Shown piece by piece: positions 15,792-23,056 of a DNA stretch of 32,000 nt. Made by a program: the position numbers and the translations under genes. Within the stretch, counting starts at the first letter, position 1. The number at the start of each line of letters is the position of its first letter. The notes under the pieces are model-generated. The model was given only the letters and a program-made list of their open reading frames with translations, was not told the origin of the DNA and did not search any database. Origin of the DNA: Alkalibaculum sporogenes (GTDB taxonomy: Bacteria; Bacillota; Clostridia; Eubacteriales; Alkalibacteraceae); assembly GCF_009362815.1 (NCBI RefSeq), contig NZ_WHNX01000015.1, positions 50,914 through 82,913 on the forward strand, read 5' to 3'.

Positions 15792-17341
15792 TGCTTAGTA
15801 ATAAAGAAATCCAATCCTTAAGTGAAGACATTATACGGTTATACGTGGCCATAGAAGATGATCTCCTGGTTAACGTGGCTAAACGCTTTGAGTTAGCCGA
15901 TGAGGTAACACCTGAAACTGTAGGCGCCTGGCAAGTGAAAAAGCTAGAACAACTAGGAGCATTACGCAAAGAGAACTTAAAGGCATTATCAAAGAGAAGT
16001 AAGTTAACCTTAAAGCAAATAACACGCATTATCACAGATGCAGGATTTAAGGCATTACAATTTGACGAACAAATATATAATGCTGCTTACTCTGCAGGTC
16101 TTTTAGTTAGCATGCCGGTACCAATGAAGACATCTCCGGCTTTAAACCAAATACTTAAAGGTGCAATTGATAATACCAGGAAGTACTTTAACCTCATCAA
16201 TACTACAGCCTTAGAGAGTGCTCAAGATGGCTTTTTAGAGATTATCAACCAGGTATATCTAGAAACTTCCTTGGGAATTACAGACTACAATGCGGCAATC
16301 AAAAAAGGGGTTAGGAACTTATCTGACAAAGGCATCACCGGAGCAACTTACAAGAGTGCTGCAGGTAGAAAAACACGTAATCATATTGACACAGCTATTA
16401 GACGTTGTATTGTGACAAGCACATCTCAAGCTGCAGGACAAATGCAAATCCAGCGTGCAAAAGAATGGGGATCTAATTTAGTTGAGGCTACAAGCCATAT
16501 GGGATCTCGCCCTGATCATGCAAAGTGGCAAGGCAAGATTTACAGTTTAGTTGGCGAGACAAAAGAATATCCTAATCTAGTTAAAGTAACAGGCTATGGT
16601 ACTGTTACTGGCTTAAAGGGTGCTAACTGTGATCATGACTTCTATCCGTTTTTTGAAGGCATAAGTGAACAGACCTACAAGCCTTACAATCTCAGAGAAA
16701 ACGAAAAGGTATATAAGCAAAGTCAACAACAAGGAAAGCTTGAAAGAGATGTAAGAAAGCAGAAACGACGCATCTTAACAGCTGAACAAATTGGAGATAC
16801 AGATAATAAACTTAAAGCGCAGTTGAAACTCAAAGAAAAAGAAGCTCAACTTAAAGCGTTTACCAAGAAGACTGGCAGAACTCAAAGGACAAATAGGCAA
16901 CAGGTTCAGGACTTTGGCCATAGCGAAGCTGGTAAGGCAGTATGGGCTGGAAGGAAAGTTGATTTTCTTAAGAATGATGCTATAATAAAAGCACAAAGTA
17001 ATTTACCAAAACGTGTATATCTACCTGATGAAAAATTAAAACATACTATTGATGTAAGCATTGAAAAAGGCAAAGCATTATTAAGCAATGGACTCTCCGG
17101 TGTGGTTCCCATGAATTCCACATTATCGGATGTCTATGTAATGGCTGGTAAGAATACAAGCGTACCAATTAGAGACCTAAAACGCCTATATAGTACCTAT
17201 GGATATAGTCCGCAAAACTGGCAAAAAAAATCTGGAAAATCCAAGGGTGCAAATTACGAATATGTTGTTCATTGGTATGAAAATAATGGATTTGTTCCTG
17301 TAGATGAAATGAAATTGAAAGGAGTTGGAACCGCAAAATGA
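15791..17341 (+). CDS. Minor capsid / head-morphogenesis protein (Phage_min_cap2 / MuF-gp7 class) with an additional ~140-aa C-terminal domain
   Basis: N-terminal EIQSLSEDIIRLYVAIEDDLLVNVAKRF and its position after the portal are typical. A K/Q-rich coiled linker (about aa 320-370) is followed by a distinct C-terminal region ending YEYVVHWYENNGFVPVDEMKLKG. Confidence 0.85.
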   Translation: MLSNKEIQSLSEDIIRLYVAIEDDLLVNVAKRFELADEVTPETVGAWQVKKLEQLGALRKENLKALSKRSKLTLKQITRIITDAGFKALQFDEQIYNAAYSAGLLVSMPVPMKTSPALNQILKGAIDNTRKYFNLINTTALESAQDGFLEIINQVYLETSLGITDYNAAIKKGVRNLSDKGITGATYKSAAGRKTRNHIDTAIRRCIVTSTSQAAGQMQIQRAKEWGSNLVEATSHMGSRPDHAKWQGKIYSLVGETKEYPNLVKVTGYGTVTGLKGANCDHDFYPFFEGISEQTYKPYNLRENEKVYKQSQQQGKLERDVRKQKRRILTAEQIGDTDNKLKAQLKLKEKEAQLKAFTKKTGRTQRTNRQQVQDFGHSEAGKAVWAGRKVDFLKNDAIIKAQSNLPKRVYLPDEKLKHTIDVSIEKGKALLSNGLSGVVPMNSTLSDVYVMAGKNTSVPIRDLKRLYSTYGYSPQNWQKKSGKSKGANYEYVVHWYENNGFVPVDEMKLKGVGTAK

Positions 17342-17574
17342 AAGTTAAATATATAGGACCCGATATTGGGATTGATGGCTTGTTTAATGATAATATTTAT
17401 GAAGTTTTAGGAATTGACGAATTAACTGGAATGTTACGAATTATTGATGAAAGCGGTGAAGACTACTTATACTCACCTAAAGAACCGAAATCAATAGCCA
17501 GTGAATATAAAGGCGGTAAATTTGAGATCGTTGAAGATAAAAGCGAACAACTGAAACAAGCAATATTTAATTAA
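17338..17574 (+). CDS. Hypothetical acidic 78-aa protein coupled to the minor capsid gene
   Basis: ATGA overlap with the upstream stop. A terminator follows immediately. Confidence 0.7.
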   Translation: MKVKYIGPDIGIDGLFNDNIYEVLGIDELTGMLRIIDESGEDYLYSPKEPKSIASEYKGGKFEIVEDKSEQLKQAIFN

Positions 17575-17575
17575 G

Positions 17576-17609
17576 CCACTCTTAACTGTAAATGTGAGGG
17601 TGGTTTTTT
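17576..17609 (+). terminator. Intrinsic terminator
   Basis: CCACTCT (17576-17582) pairs with AGAGGGTGG-type GAGGGTGG (17596-17603) with one G-U pair. T-run at 17604-17609. Confidence 0.65.
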
Positions 17610-17653
17610 AATGCTTATTATTAATAACTTGGAGGTGATCTCTTATCTTCCTC

Positions 17654-17680
17654 AAGACTTGGGTTAAAGTCTTATTTTTA
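17654..17680 (+). terminator. Second hairpin plus T-rich tail in the portal-scaffold spacer
   Basis: AAGACT(T)-GGGTTA-(A)AGTCTT followed by ATTTTTA. Confidence 0.4.
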
Positions 17681-17802
17681 TGCCCTAAGCAAGGCTTTAA
17701 AAGGTTTATTTTTATTGGCTCTGATTTAGTATTTACGGAGCATAAACGTAAAGAACCCTAACAGGTACAAACCTGTATAAAAATGTATGGAGGTTATAGA
17801 AA

Positions 17803-18387
17803 ATGGAATGGATAAAAGCAATAATGAAGAAACACATAAAGGCAGATGGTACAGTCGACATGGAAGCGGCAATGAAAGAGATTGATATAGAATCTCCAAA
17901 ACATGCTGTGCCAAAGACAGCGTTCTTAGACATTGACAAGCAACTAAAAGAAGCATCAACAACAATCAAAGAAAGAGATGTACAAATTAGTGAGCTGACA
18001 AAAGTGGACCCTGAGAAACTTCAAGAAACCATCAACACTTTGCAAGCTGATAACAAGAAAAAAGACGATGACTACAAATCACAATTAAAAGAGTTAAAAA
18101 TTTCAAATGCAATCAAACTGGCCATTGCTGACAAAGCACAAGATGCAGATCTAGTAGCAGGATTATTTGACAAAGAAAAACTTGTGCTTGATGGTGACAA
18201 AATTGTGGGACTAGATGATCAATTGAAAGGCCTTCAGGAATCAAAGAGCTTTCTATTCAAACAAGATGATACACAAACAGAAAGTAAACCTACATTTTCA
18301 CAGGCTAATTTTCAAAAGCAACCGGCTGCTGATCAAGACGTATGGAATGCTGCGTTTGCACCGCCAAGCGTAGGTAATGAAAAATAA
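17803..18387 (+). CDS. Capsid scaffolding protein (Phage_GP20-like)
   Basis: MEWIKAIMKKH...DGTVDMEAAMKEIDIESPKHAVPKTAFLDIDKQLKE matches the GP20 scaffold family. Sits directly upstream of the capsid gene. Confidence 0.8.
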   Translation: MEWIKAIMKKHIKADGTVDMEAAMKEIDIESPKHAVPKTAFLDIDKQLKEASTTIKERDVQISELTKVDPEKLQETINTLQADNKKKDDDYKSQLKELKISNAIKLAIADKAQDADLVAGLFDKEKLVLDGDKIVGLDDQLKGLQESKSFLFKQDDTQTESKPTFSQANFQKQPAADQDVWNAAFAPPSVGNEK

Positions 18388-18410
18388 TAATAAAATAGGA
18401 GATGATTTAA

Positions 18411-19310
18411 TTGGCAACTTTAAATTACGCACAACAATATTTACAAGCACTACAACAAAGATTCGCAACGGGATTAAGATTTAATGATCTATACAATACC
18501 CCAAACAATCAAACTATCAAATTCGTAAATGCAAAAACAATTCAGATTCCACGTATTGACGTATCTGGAATGGTAGACGTTAATAGGGATGCTGTAGGGT
18601 CATTTACAAGAGCGGTAGACAACGATTATGAGACTAAGACACTAGGACATGATCGTGAGTTTAGGACTTTAGTAGACCCTGTGGACATTGACGAAGCAAA
18701 CATGGCTATCTCAATAGCTAACATCACAAGAGTATTCAATGACGAGCAAAAGATCCCTGAAATTGATAAATACATGGCATCTAAGCTTTTTTCTGAATTT
18801 GTTGATTTTGGAGGAACCGTTGATGAAACCGTACCATCGGAAGCTAACATTTTGGCTATCTATGACTCCATGATGGAAGAGATGGACGACGCGGAAGTAC
18901 CTCAAGAAGGTAGGATCCTTTACGTGACATCAGGAATAAATAAAATCTTAAAAAATGCGCAGGAAATGTCCAGGTATATAAGGGTAGATCAAAACACCAA
19001 CAACATTAATAGAAACGTAAGGTCACTTGATGATGTAAAAATTGAACTTGTTCCATCTGTTCGAATGAAATCAGTGTATGATTTTACAGTAGGCGCTGTA
19101 GCAGATGCATCTGCCGTACAAGTCAACATGATTTTAGTACACCCAATGTCCTTGATCGCTCCAATGAAGTATGAATTTGTGTCGCTAGACCCGCCATCTG
19201 CTACCACTGGTGGTAAATACTTGTACTACGAAAGATCATACTGGGACGTATTCTTGATCGAGAGAAAGGTCAATGGTGTGAAAATTAATGCCGCAGCAGC
19301 AGTTATTTAA
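18411..19310 (+). CDS. Major capsid protein
   Basis: TTG start 9 nt after AGGAG. 299 aa following the scaffold. A strong terminator lies downstream. Confidence 0.85.
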   Translation: MATLNYAQQYLQALQQRFATGLRFNDLYNTPNNQTIKFVNAKTIQIPRIDVSGMVDVNRDAVGSFTRAVDNDYETKTLGHDREFRTLVDPVDIDEANMAISIANITRVFNDEQKIPEIDKYMASKLFSEFVDFGGTVDETVPSEANILAIYDSMMEEMDDAEVPQEGRILYVTSGINKILKNAQEMSRYIRVDQNTNNINRNVRSLDDVKIELVPSVRMKSVYDFTVGAVADASAVQVNMILVHPMSLIAPMKYEFVSLDPPSATTGGKYLYYERSYWDVFLIERKVNGVKINAAAAVI

Positions 19311-19312
19311 GG

Positions 19313-19340
19313 GAGAGAATTATTTTTCTCTCTTTAATTT
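19313..19340 (+). terminator. Intrinsic terminator/attenuator after the major capsid gene
   Basis: GAGAGAA-TTATTT-TTCTCTC followed by TTTAATTTATTTT. Confidence 0.7.
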
Positions 19341-19360
19341 ATTTTAGGAGGTAACAAATT

Positions 19361-19690
19361 ATGATAAAAGTAAAAAAAGGCAATAAGGTTGTGCAGGTAC
19401 AAGAATCTGTATTGCCTTATTATTTGAAAAATGGATTTGATCAAATCGACAAAGAAGGCAAGATTATTGAACGTGCTACCGGGGGAAAGAACGTATCTGT
19501 AGCAGAATATAATAAGGCACTAGATGCAATTAAACAGCTTAATGTAGAAAACAAAAGTTTAAAATCTGACAATAAATTGAAAGATATGAAGTCTAAAGTC
19601 AAAGAACTTGAAAATATCAAGAAAGAACTTGTTGATGAAAATAAAAAAATAAGTGAAGAGCTAGAAAAAACAAAGATAGAAGCCAAGTAG
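19361..19690 (+). CDS. Hypothetical coiled-coil head-associated protein (109 aa)
   Basis: SD AGGAGGT. K/E-rich C-terminal coiled coil. Confidence 0.75.
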   Translation: MIKVKKGNKVVQVQESVLPYYLKNGFDQIDKEGKIIERATGGKNVSVAEYNKALDAIKQLNVENKSLKSDNKLKDMKSKVKELENIKKELVDENKKISEELEKTKIEAK

Positions 19691-19703
19691 GACGGTGGTA
19701 TAA

Positions 19704-20075
19704 ATGACTTATATAGATAAAGCCTACTTCGAAGAATACTCAGATATGGTCATTGACGATGACGAATTTGGCGTCTTATCAAAACGATCTGAGGATATTA
19801 TAAATAGTCTGACTGGAGATTTGCAGGGGGTAGAGTTTATTTCCCTCCCCTCTTCCTTTCAAGAGAAAGTAAAAAAAGCTACAGCTGCACAAGTTGAGAC
19901 ATTGTACCTGCAGGGCGGTACTGAATCAATGGTAGGTGGAAACATTTCAGGCGCATCAATAGGTAAGTTTAGCTATAATACAGGTGGTTCTCAAAGTAAT
20001 ATGCCTGTCTCCCCTCTTATCTCTATGTATTTAGGGCGCACAGGACTCTTATACCAAGGAGTGACTGTAATATGA
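19704..20075 (+). CDS. Head-tail connector (gp6-like) protein
   Basis: Position and size fit. N-terminal YIDKAYFEEY...DEFGVLSKRSEDIINSLTG is typical of connector/DNA-packaging adaptors. Confidence 0.65.
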   Translation: MTYIDKAYFEEYSDMVIDDDEFGVLSKRSEDIINSLTGDLQGVEFISLPSSFQEKVKKATAAQVETLYLQGGTESMVGGNISGASIGKFSYNTGGSQSNMPVSPLISMYLGRTGLLYQGVTVI

Positions 20076-20404
20076 GACCAATACCCAAGAAAGTACTAAT
20101 TCATGATGCTTCCCACAAATATGACGGAACAAAAGATACTTGGGGAAATATAACTTACCCTAATACAAGAGATCTAAAGAGAGTAAGAATCGAACCTACC
20201 TCAAAACGTGTACTAAGCAAAGACAATACAGAGGTACAGCTTAATAGCCTTATGTTTTATGATTGTGTGAATAGCAAGCCTGTAGGCGTGACATTTGAAA
20301 TTGGAGATGCGATTGTCTTTGGAGGTGCCACTTACATAGTTGTGTCACCAGATCCGTTATATGACAACTCGAAAATTCATCACTATGAGATAGGACTGGT
20401 GTAG
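20072..20404 (+). CDS. Head-tail joining (head-closure/adaptor) protein
   Basis: Overlap-coupled. Synteny only. Confidence 0.6.
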   Translation: MRPIPKKVLIHDASHKYDGTKDTWGNITYPNTRDLKRVRIEPTSKRVLSKDNTEVQLNSLMFYDCVNSKPVGVTFEIGDAIVFGGATYIVVSPDPLYDNSKIHHYEIGLV

Positions 20405-20746
20405 ATGGGAGTTACGGTTACTTTTAACAAGCAAGCGGTAAAGGCAAGAATAAGTACCGCAACTGAAAAAGGTACTTACATCTTAGCGAATGAACTACTT
20501 AAAGACTCAAATTACTATGCCCGGGAAGACTCGGGTGAATTAATCAGATCTAGTATTAGAGCGAGCAATATAAAAAAAGGTACTCTTATATGGGATACTC
20601 CCTACGCAAAAAAAATGTATTACGTTGGGAGCCCTTCACGAGATAAGAATCCTAATGCTAGCACTCTATGGGCGCAAAAGGCAGCGGATGAAAACAAAGA
20701 AAAGTACTTAAGAATAGTACAAAAAGTAATGGATAACGAGGTGTAA
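20405..20746 (+). CDS. Minor capsid/neck protein (tail-completion class)
   Basis: Starts directly after the upstream stop. LANELLKDSNYYAREDSGELIRSS...WDTPYAKKMYY matches the 'minor capsid protein' family of A118/Sfi11-like phages. Confidence 0.6.
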   Translation: MGVTVTFNKQAVKARISTATEKGTYILANELLKDSNYYAREDSGELIRSSIRASNIKKGTLIWDTPYAKKMYYVGSPSRDKNPNASTLWAQKAADENKEKYLRIVQKVMDNEV

Positions 20747-20748
20747 TT

Positions 20749-21129
20749 ATGTATGAAGATATTTTAAACTCTGTATTAAGTCTATTGAGTGATTATACGA
20801 TTTCCATAGGGTCATTGCCTCCCAATAACGGAATAGCAATGTACATTGGTTCAGGTGCTCAAGATACTATGTTTCTAAATAAAGGATCTGAAAACAATAT
20901 ATCCTTAGTGGTCAATGCTAAAAACTCTAATCATTCAATATGCCTTGAAAGTTTATCAAACATACATAGCCACCTCACTAAGCTAAAGGACTATCCTAAT
21001 AGTGATACATTCCAGATTTTAAACATTAGAACGAGTTCGGCACCTAGCTGGATAGGGAAAGAACAAAATAGTCAACACCTTTATGGATCAATCCTAGAGG
21101 TATCATTTTATGTTAAGGGAGTGAATTAG
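20749..21129 (+). CDS. Neck/tail-terminator-class protein
   Basis: Synteny directly upstream of the tail tube gene. Confidence 0.55.
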   Translation: MYEDILNSVLSLLSDYTISIGSLPPNNGIAMYIGSGAQDTMFLNKGSENNISLVVNAKNSNHSICLESLSNIHSHLTKLKDYPNSDTFQILNIRTSSAPSWIGKEQNSQHLYGSILEVSFYVKGVN

Positions 21130-21849
21130 ATGAAACTTGGATTAAATTATAAAAACGTATTAGAAATGAACATAACTCCAAAAGAGGCTTCTCCTACATG
21201 GGCACGAGTGGGCGAAGGATTTGCTAATGTAACAGAGGCGTTAAACGAGGTACTTTATCAAGCTAGCTATTTGAACAACGCTGGATGGGGATCAACGGAA
21301 GTTACCGGCGGTCAATATATCGCAACCTTAACAGGCGTTAGAGCATATGGAGACCTAGCTCAGGATTATATCTTTAGCCATGCAGTTATGTTTGCGTTTG
21401 GTGAAGCAAGAAAAACAACTTTTAGAGTTACGAGAGATAATCAAACAGTATTGGAGTGGGACGTTACTCTTGCTAATATTACCGATGGCGGTGGCGACAG
21501 CCAACAGCCAAGTGCAATTACAGTAGCCATCCACGGAAATGGAGAACCTAGAGTGCTTACTGATGCATTATTAGGTAGCCTTACTGTAGTATCTGTAGCC
21601 GGGGCTATTGCAGGCGATACTGCAATTTATGTAAACCCAGTTAAAGGAGCTTCAAACAGTTACAAATACAAGAGTGCTCCTGGTGTAGCCTTACCATTGT
21701 TTGATGAAGTACTTACCACAGGCTGGACTGAATGGAACGGTGCAGATGAGATTACGTCAACTACAGGATATCAAATTGTAATAGTAGAGGTTGAAACATC
21801 TACAAATAAAGCTAAAAAAGCAGGTATTGCAACTATAACTACCGCTTAG
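21130..21849 (+). CDS. Major tail (tube) protein with a probable C-terminal Ig-like extension
   Basis: Position between the neck genes and the chaperones. 239 aa. Confidence 0.7.
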   Translation: MKLGLNYKNVLEMNITPKEASPTWARVGEGFANVTEALNEVLYQASYLNNAGWGSTEVTGGQYIATLTGVRAYGDLAQDYIFSHAVMFAFGEARKTTFRVTRDNQTVLEWDVTLANITDGGGDSQQPSAITVAIHGNGEPRVLTDALLGSLTVVSVAGAIAGDTAIYVNPVKGASNSYKYKSAPGVALPLFDEVLTTGWTEWNGADEITSTTGYQIVIVEVETSTNKAKKAGIATITTA

Positions 21850-21860
21850 GAGGAATAAAA

Positions 21861-22277
21861 ATGAGAGAACTCAAAAGAAGTTCCAAAGTCGTTGAAGAAA
21901 TCAAGTTAGGGGATAAGACATTAAAAATCAATCTTAATTTTGATGATATTTTAAACAATTACCGAAAAACACAACTTGAGATAGTAAAAGCTGAGCAAGA
22001 GGTTAGAAGATTGCAAACAGAAGGTGTGCAGAAAGAAAAACTTAGCGAGTCAATTACCATATATGGTGAATCGATCATTGCTATGTTTAAACTGGTATTT
22101 GGCGAAGAGAACACAGCTGACATACTTGAATTTTACGAAGACAACTATACAGAGATGGCCCAAGAGGTCATCCCATTTATAACAGAAGTAATATCTCCTA
22201 AAATTCAAGAGGTTGCAAAAGAGAGAAAGAGCAAATTGAAGCAGAAATATAAACCTAATAGGAAGTTTGGAAGATGA
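21861..22277 (+). CDS. Tail assembly chaperone
   Basis: Acidic 138-aa protein directly upstream of the Gp15-like gene and the tape measure. Confidence 0.65.
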   Translation: MRELKRSSKVVEEIKLGDKTLKINLNFDDILNNYRKTQLEIVKAEQEVRRLQTEGVQKEKLSESITIYGESIIAMFKLVFGEENTADILEFYEDNYTEMAQEVIPFITEVISPKIQEVAKERKSKLKQKYKPNRKFGR

Positions 22278-22888
22278 TCGCCTACCCTACTGTAAGTGGT
22301 TTCAAAGCTTATGGTAAAAATATTAAGCTCAATCTTTCATTCGATAGAGTCCTCCGGGTGTTTGATCTATTAAAAGAGGATATAGACGAAATAGACAAGT
22401 TAGAACTATCACTAGATATTTTAATTAAAAACTATTGGAATATAAAAAGTCTGTCATATCCAAAGAAGGTTAAGATACGAGAGATCATATTCAATGAGTA
22501 TATCTCCCCTGGTAAAAAGTCCTCTTCTAAAGACGAAAAAGTATTAGATTTTAAGCAAGATGCTAGTTATATCTACTCATCATTTATGCTTGATTATGGG
22601 ATAGACCTTACAGAGCAACAAGGGAAACTTGATTGGCGAAAGTTTATCGCTTTATTCCAAGGCTTGTCTCCAAACACTAAAATAGTTGAAGTTATCGGTA
22701 TTAGATCTAGAGAGATACCGGCACCTAACAAGCATAACCAAAAGGAAATTGAAGCCTTACTTAAAGCAAAAGCTTATTACGCTTTAGAAATGACAGAAGA
22801 AGAAAGAGAAGATCAATTCCAACGAGGTTTAGACAAATTAGTAAATGCCTTAGAACAGAGGGCGGTGAGTCAAAATGCAAAAGGTTAA
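22274..22888 (+). CDS. Phage Gp15-family tail assembly protein
   Basis: ATGA coupling. N-terminal GKNIKLNLSFDRVLRVFDLLKDE-type start matches the A118 Gp15 family. Confidence 0.65.
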   Translation: MIAYPTVSGFKAYGKNIKLNLSFDRVLRVFDLLKEDIDEIDKLELSLDILIKNYWNIKSLSYPKKVKIREIIFNEYISPGKKSSSKDEKVLDFKQDASYIYSSFMLDYGIDLTEQQGKLDWRKFIALFQGLSPNTKIVEVIGIRSREIPAPNKHNQKEIEALLKAKAYYALEMTEEEREDQFQRGLDKLVNALEQRAVSQNAKG

Positions 22889-23012
22889 ATGTCCTTATTG
22901 TGGGCAGACCTTATTATTTGCAAGGACAGCAGATATCGAAGTAAAGTGCCAAAGATGTAAGAAAGTAATAGAAATCAAAATCAAGGAACAGAGCGAGCCA
23001 CACGTCAAGTAG
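22875..23012 (+). CDS. 45-aa Mu-Com-like CxxC...CxxC zinc-ribbon protein (not in the ORF track)
   Basis: MQKVKCPYCGQTLLFARTADIEVKCQRCKKVIEIKIKEQSEPHVK. It aligns by eye to Mu Com (CKNCNKLLFKADSFDHIEIRCPRCKRHI). GGTGAG lies 5 nt upstream of ATG. Confidence 0.6.
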   Translation: MQKVKCPYCGQTLLFARTADIEVKCQRCKKVIEIKIKEQSEPHVK

Positions 23013-23020
23013 TGAGCCAA

Positions 23021-23050
23021 TGCCTGTCTTTTTTTTATAAAAGGCAGGTG
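23021..23050 (+). promoter_or_regulatory. Hairpin occluding the tape-measure ribosome-binding site
   Basis: CCTGTCTTTT (23023-23032) pairs with AAAAGGCAGG (23039-23048), giving 10 bp with one G-U pair and loop TTTTAT. The 3' arm overlaps the SD AGGTGA (23046-23051) of the TTG start at 23057. Confidence 0.55.
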
Positions 23051-23056
23051 AAATAA

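Noticed and set aside
17611-17667. 18-codon ORF (MLIINNLEVISYLPQDLG) and the nearby perfect SD GGAGGTGATC as a hidden gene
   Set aside because: The SD lies inside the ORF rather than upstream of it. No start codon sits 4-12 nt downstream of the SD. It is treated as a non-coding feature (see the finding on 17575-17802).
21861-22888. Programmed -1 frameshift between the two tail chaperone ORFs (lambda G/GT paradigm)
   Set aside because: The ORFs overlap by a simple ATGA. I saw no slippery heptamer near 22250-22277. A118-type Gp15 genes are separate cistrons.
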